A stretch of DNA of 64,000 bases from Negaprion brevirostris. Lineage: Eukaryota. The number at the start of each line of letters is the position of its first letter. Positions within the stretch are counted from its first letter, which is position 1. The notes under the pieces were generated by a model. That model searched no databases, had not been told where the DNA came from, and saw only the letters and a program-made list of their open reading frames with translations. Shown piece after piece: positions 60,361 to 64,000 of the stretch. Where the stretch lies: positions 93,622,277 to 93,686,276 of the forward strand of contig JARDVH010000132.1 of NCBI GenBank assembly GCA_030324005.1, in the 5' to 3' direction. The translations under genes were made by a program, and so were the position numbers.

Positions 60361-62919
60361 CAACTACCCACCCACAGACATTGGGATCCAAACACATGGA
60401 CATCGCCTCTGCCTACTGACCAGCCCCCACCCCCCCGCCCTTTTTGGACAATGAAACATGCCCTGTACCCACATGTAAAAGAGGAATCTCCCAGGGTAAT
60501 GCTTCCCCTGTCAGAGCCCCCTGCATGTGGCACTGCCCACTTTGTATGCCTCCTTGGTAGTGCTCCCTAGGGGTGGGGGCACTGCTGGAGGCAATGCCTA
60601 CTCTTGTCCCTCAACTCCTAGGACCTACGGGCACCTCCGCACATCTGGTGTGGTCGTCACAGCTGGTTTCCACCTGTGAAAACTAGTAATAGTTTGCTGC
60701 TGAGTGGTGTCAGTTGTTGGATCATCAAGCCCTTTAATAATGTTAAAATATGTTAATGTATTGAAATCAAGTTCATGCCTTTTCTGCGCACCAGCAGAGA
60801 GCGGGAAGATCGCAAACTGAGATCTCGTTTTTGTCTGCTTGTGAGATTTAACAGACACTAAGGGATGTGCAGCAAGGCTAGCAGGGCCTCTAGATCATGG
60901 CCTCCGTCTATTTAAATACACTGGAATATTCTACGTGCCCCTGAAAGATTTTCCTCTAGACTCCTATGTGTTATTTTTCTGAGCTATTAAGAATTCAAAA
61001 TGTTCAAAAGCATAAAGAGGAGGAAAGGCTTCAAAGGTTGTATCTGGGTCTGGCATTTGGTCTTTAAATTGCAAATGTGAAAAAGAAGGGTTTGAGGATT
61101 ATTATTTATTAAAAATTTCTCTCAGATCTTTTTCATGTTGCTCCCCATGGATATGGAAGATTGAAGCTGATTTATATTTTAATCTTCTTTCACTGAATAG
61201 CTTATGATACATTAATGATGAAAACTGATTTCTATTGGGTCGGTGTTTGGAAATGTTCAATTGCCTCAGGGTTCATTAATTATTCTGGATAATTTTTTTC
61301 TCTTTTATGTGAGTGTAAAACAGTCACTGACTCACCACATTTGCATTTTAGGGAACAAAAGGTAAGATGTGNNNNNNNNNNNNNNNNNNNNNNNNNNNNN
61401 NNNNNNNNNNNNNNNNNNNNNNNNNNNNNNNNNNNNNNNNNNNNNNNNNNNNNNNNNNNNNNNNNNNNNNNAGCCATTGCTTTCTCTCTTTGGTCCCAAA
61501 TGTACTCCTGTAAATAGGACATTAGCATTTACAGCATTGATACAAACTGTTGAAATACATAGACTAATTTAATTAAAGGTCACAATAATATATTCATTTC
61601 TATTTGTTCTTTGTAAGGGAGCACAGTCATCATAGTAACATCCTGTAGCTATAGCTTTACCGGTTGTCTGTAAAAAAGGGAGCTATGACTGACTCTTCAA
61701 ATGTGGACTCACTGCTTGGGCCGAATGGTGAATTAAGACATAATTCAATGGCTGCTATATCGTCTAGAAGAAAGGACAGACAGCATGAAGATTCACAGGT
61801 TGCATTTTTAATGCCTAATACTTGAAGAATCTGGAAACTAGTAAGGAAGAACAAAGCTGATCCTATTGGATCACTGAAAGCACAATGATCTACCGGACAA
61901 ATATATTAGTCCGGGGCCTTAAAAATATATGGTACTCTTGCTTTGTGTTCCTTGTGTCATTAGCTGTAGTGAGTGTCAGAGCAACACCAATAGCGCTGAT
62001 TCAATCCTTGCACCAGCAGTGGCAGTTTGTGCAGAGCTGTCTCTTTACCTTGCCCCGCCCTTGATGTGGAGTGATGCCCCTCAAACTATATAACCAATTG
62101 TCTCTCTTTAGTGGACAGTGGTGTTTAAGCTCCTATGTGGATCATGGCTAATTACCTATCAGCATTGGAGTATTTTGAAGGATTAGTCCGCACGCCCATT
62201 AGGCATCTGGGAACACTTTGCACTGCTACCTTTACATGCTACTTCAGACACATTCTTCAAAGAAAATCATTTCAATCTGAAATACAGTTGCAAATAGCAG
62301 CAAGAGGAAGCTTTTTAAGGCTTCAAGAATGCCATCAACTTTATCCTTTTCTTTAGCTTGTTGTCCATATTTGTGACTCTGCTTGTGTGAGATGTCTTGT
62401 GATGCTTTCCACTTTAAAGGAACTGAATTCAAGTTATTGTTGATCTGGAATTCCTCATTAGGAGCAGAAAATATTGTGCTGCTGCAAGTTTTGAAGGACT
62501 AGGAATGTAGGCACAGGATTAGGCCATTCAGTCCCTCCCTTTTGTGCCATAAACTGAAATCAAGACTGATCTGTACCTCAATTCCATTCATCTCTCTTGA
62601 CTCCATAGCTTTAACATCCTTATCCACCAAAATGCTATCAATCTCAAATTTAAAGATATCAATTGAACGAATTAACATTTACAGTTTTTTGTTGGAAAAT
62701 GTCAATTGCATATTAATTGTGTAGAACAAAGGACATTACAGCACAGGAATAGGCCCTCTGCCCTCCAAGCCTGCACTGACCATGCTGCCCGACTTAACTA
62801 AAACGTGTAACCTTCCTATTCATGTATTTGTCAAGATGCCCCTTAAAAGTCACTACCGTATATATTAATTGTATGTAGGAATGCACTGATTAGAAACTGA
62901 ACTGGGTACAGCAATATAA

Positions 62920-63350
62920 ATACTGTGGCTACACAAGCAGGTCAGAAACTGGAAATTCTGCAGAATGTAATTCATTTCCTGGTTCCCAAAGCCTGTCCCC
63001 TATCTTCCAGGCACAATCAGGAGTGTAATGGAATATTCTACACTTGCTTGCATGAGTGCAGCACCAACCACTCTCAAGAAGCTCAGAGTGCAGATGCACT
63101 GGAAAACCACCATCTGCAAGTTCCCCTCTAAGTTGCACACCATCCTGACTTGGAAATATATCACTGTTCCTTCACTGTCATTGGGCCAAAATCCTGGAAC
63201 TCACTCCCTAACAGCACGGTGGGTGTTTCTATAACACATGGCCTGCAGTAGTTCAAGAAGGTAGCATGCTGCTACCTTCTCAAAGGCAATTAGGGATAGG
63301 CAATAAATGCTGTCCTAGCCAGTGATGCACGCATCTCTTGAATGAATATA
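62920..63350 (+). mobile_element. CR1/L2-group LINE 3' fragment
   Basis: MEYSTLACMSAAPTTLKKL..TTICKFPSKLHTILTWKYI; tail gggataggcaataaatgctg. Confidence 0.75.
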
Positions 63351-63619
63351 AAAAAAACTTTGTAGGCATTAACTAAGATTTCACTTGAGGCACTATGAAT
63401 AGATGCAGATTAACATTGTTGGGTTAGGATGTGTAGTTTAATCTGTAATTCTGTAATCAAATATAAAAGTGAGTAAAAATTATCTGGAGTTCTATCCTGC
63501 ACCAATGAGTTTTCTGGAATAGAACAGAGTTCCACATTTCTAGTAGCCTGTTAGATCAAAGGAAGTGACTTACAAGGATGATAGAAAAAGTGATAAGCTT
63601 GAGGATTGGGAGCAATTTA

Positions 63620-64000
63620 GAACCCAGCAAAGGTGGACCGAGAATATGAATGCAAACTAGCAAGGAACATAAAGGCAGACTGCAAAAAAATTTTTAGGTA
63701 TGCAAAAAGGGAAAAAAATAGGTAGGACAAATGTGGGTTCATTACAGGCGGGGACATAGTAATTTATAGCTGAGAATAGGGAAATTGTGGAGAAACTAAA
63801 GAGTTATTTTGCATCTGTCTTCATGGTAGAAGATACAGAAAATTGCCTAGAAACACTAGGCGACCAAGGCACTTATGGAACCAGGGAACTAAAAGAAATT
63901 AGCATTAATAAAGAGATAGTACTTGACAAGTTAACTGGATTGAAGGTTGATAAATTCCCTGGACCAGATAAGTTACATCCTAAAGTGTTAAAAAAGGTAG
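63620..64000 (+). mobile_element. CR1 ORF2 fragment running off the window end
   Basis: YFASVF.VED...VLDKLTGLKVDKFPGPDKLHPKVLKK. Confidence 0.8.

Overview
This window is eukaryotic, AT-rich, repeat-dense vertebrate DNA with several N-gaps. The HE1-like and Deu/SacSINE-like SINEs and the CR1 and Penelope families point to an elasmobranch (shark or ray). The main gene is the 3' end of a PDE11A-type cyclic-nucleotide phosphodiesterase on the minus strand. It has six GT-AG coding exons that splice in frame: 46727-46827, 45559-45636, 42261-42324, 38458-38532, 33001-33084 and 12814-12966. The most unusual feature lies inside its last intron (about 20 kb), on the same strand: an intron-containing, stop-free fragment of the pyruvate dehydrogenase E1-beta gene (PDHB exons 4-7, 29046-30804). 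I could not find PDHB exons 1-3 or 8-10 in the window. The fragment is either a real nested partial duplication, possibly able to make a PDE11-PDHB chimera, or a mis-scaffolded contig, since it sits on a segment bounded by two 100-N gaps. The rest is mostly decayed transposable elements: CR1/L2, Rex1/Babar, RTE, Tx1, Penelope-like copies with inverted pseudo-LTRs and degenerate hammerhead ribozymes, a two-LTR Gypsy relic, a Harbinger-type Myb remnant, MITE-like elements and SINEs. I found no CRISPR array, rRNA or real tRNA genes. Repeat boundaries are approximate, and all family calls come from recalled motifs, not database searches.
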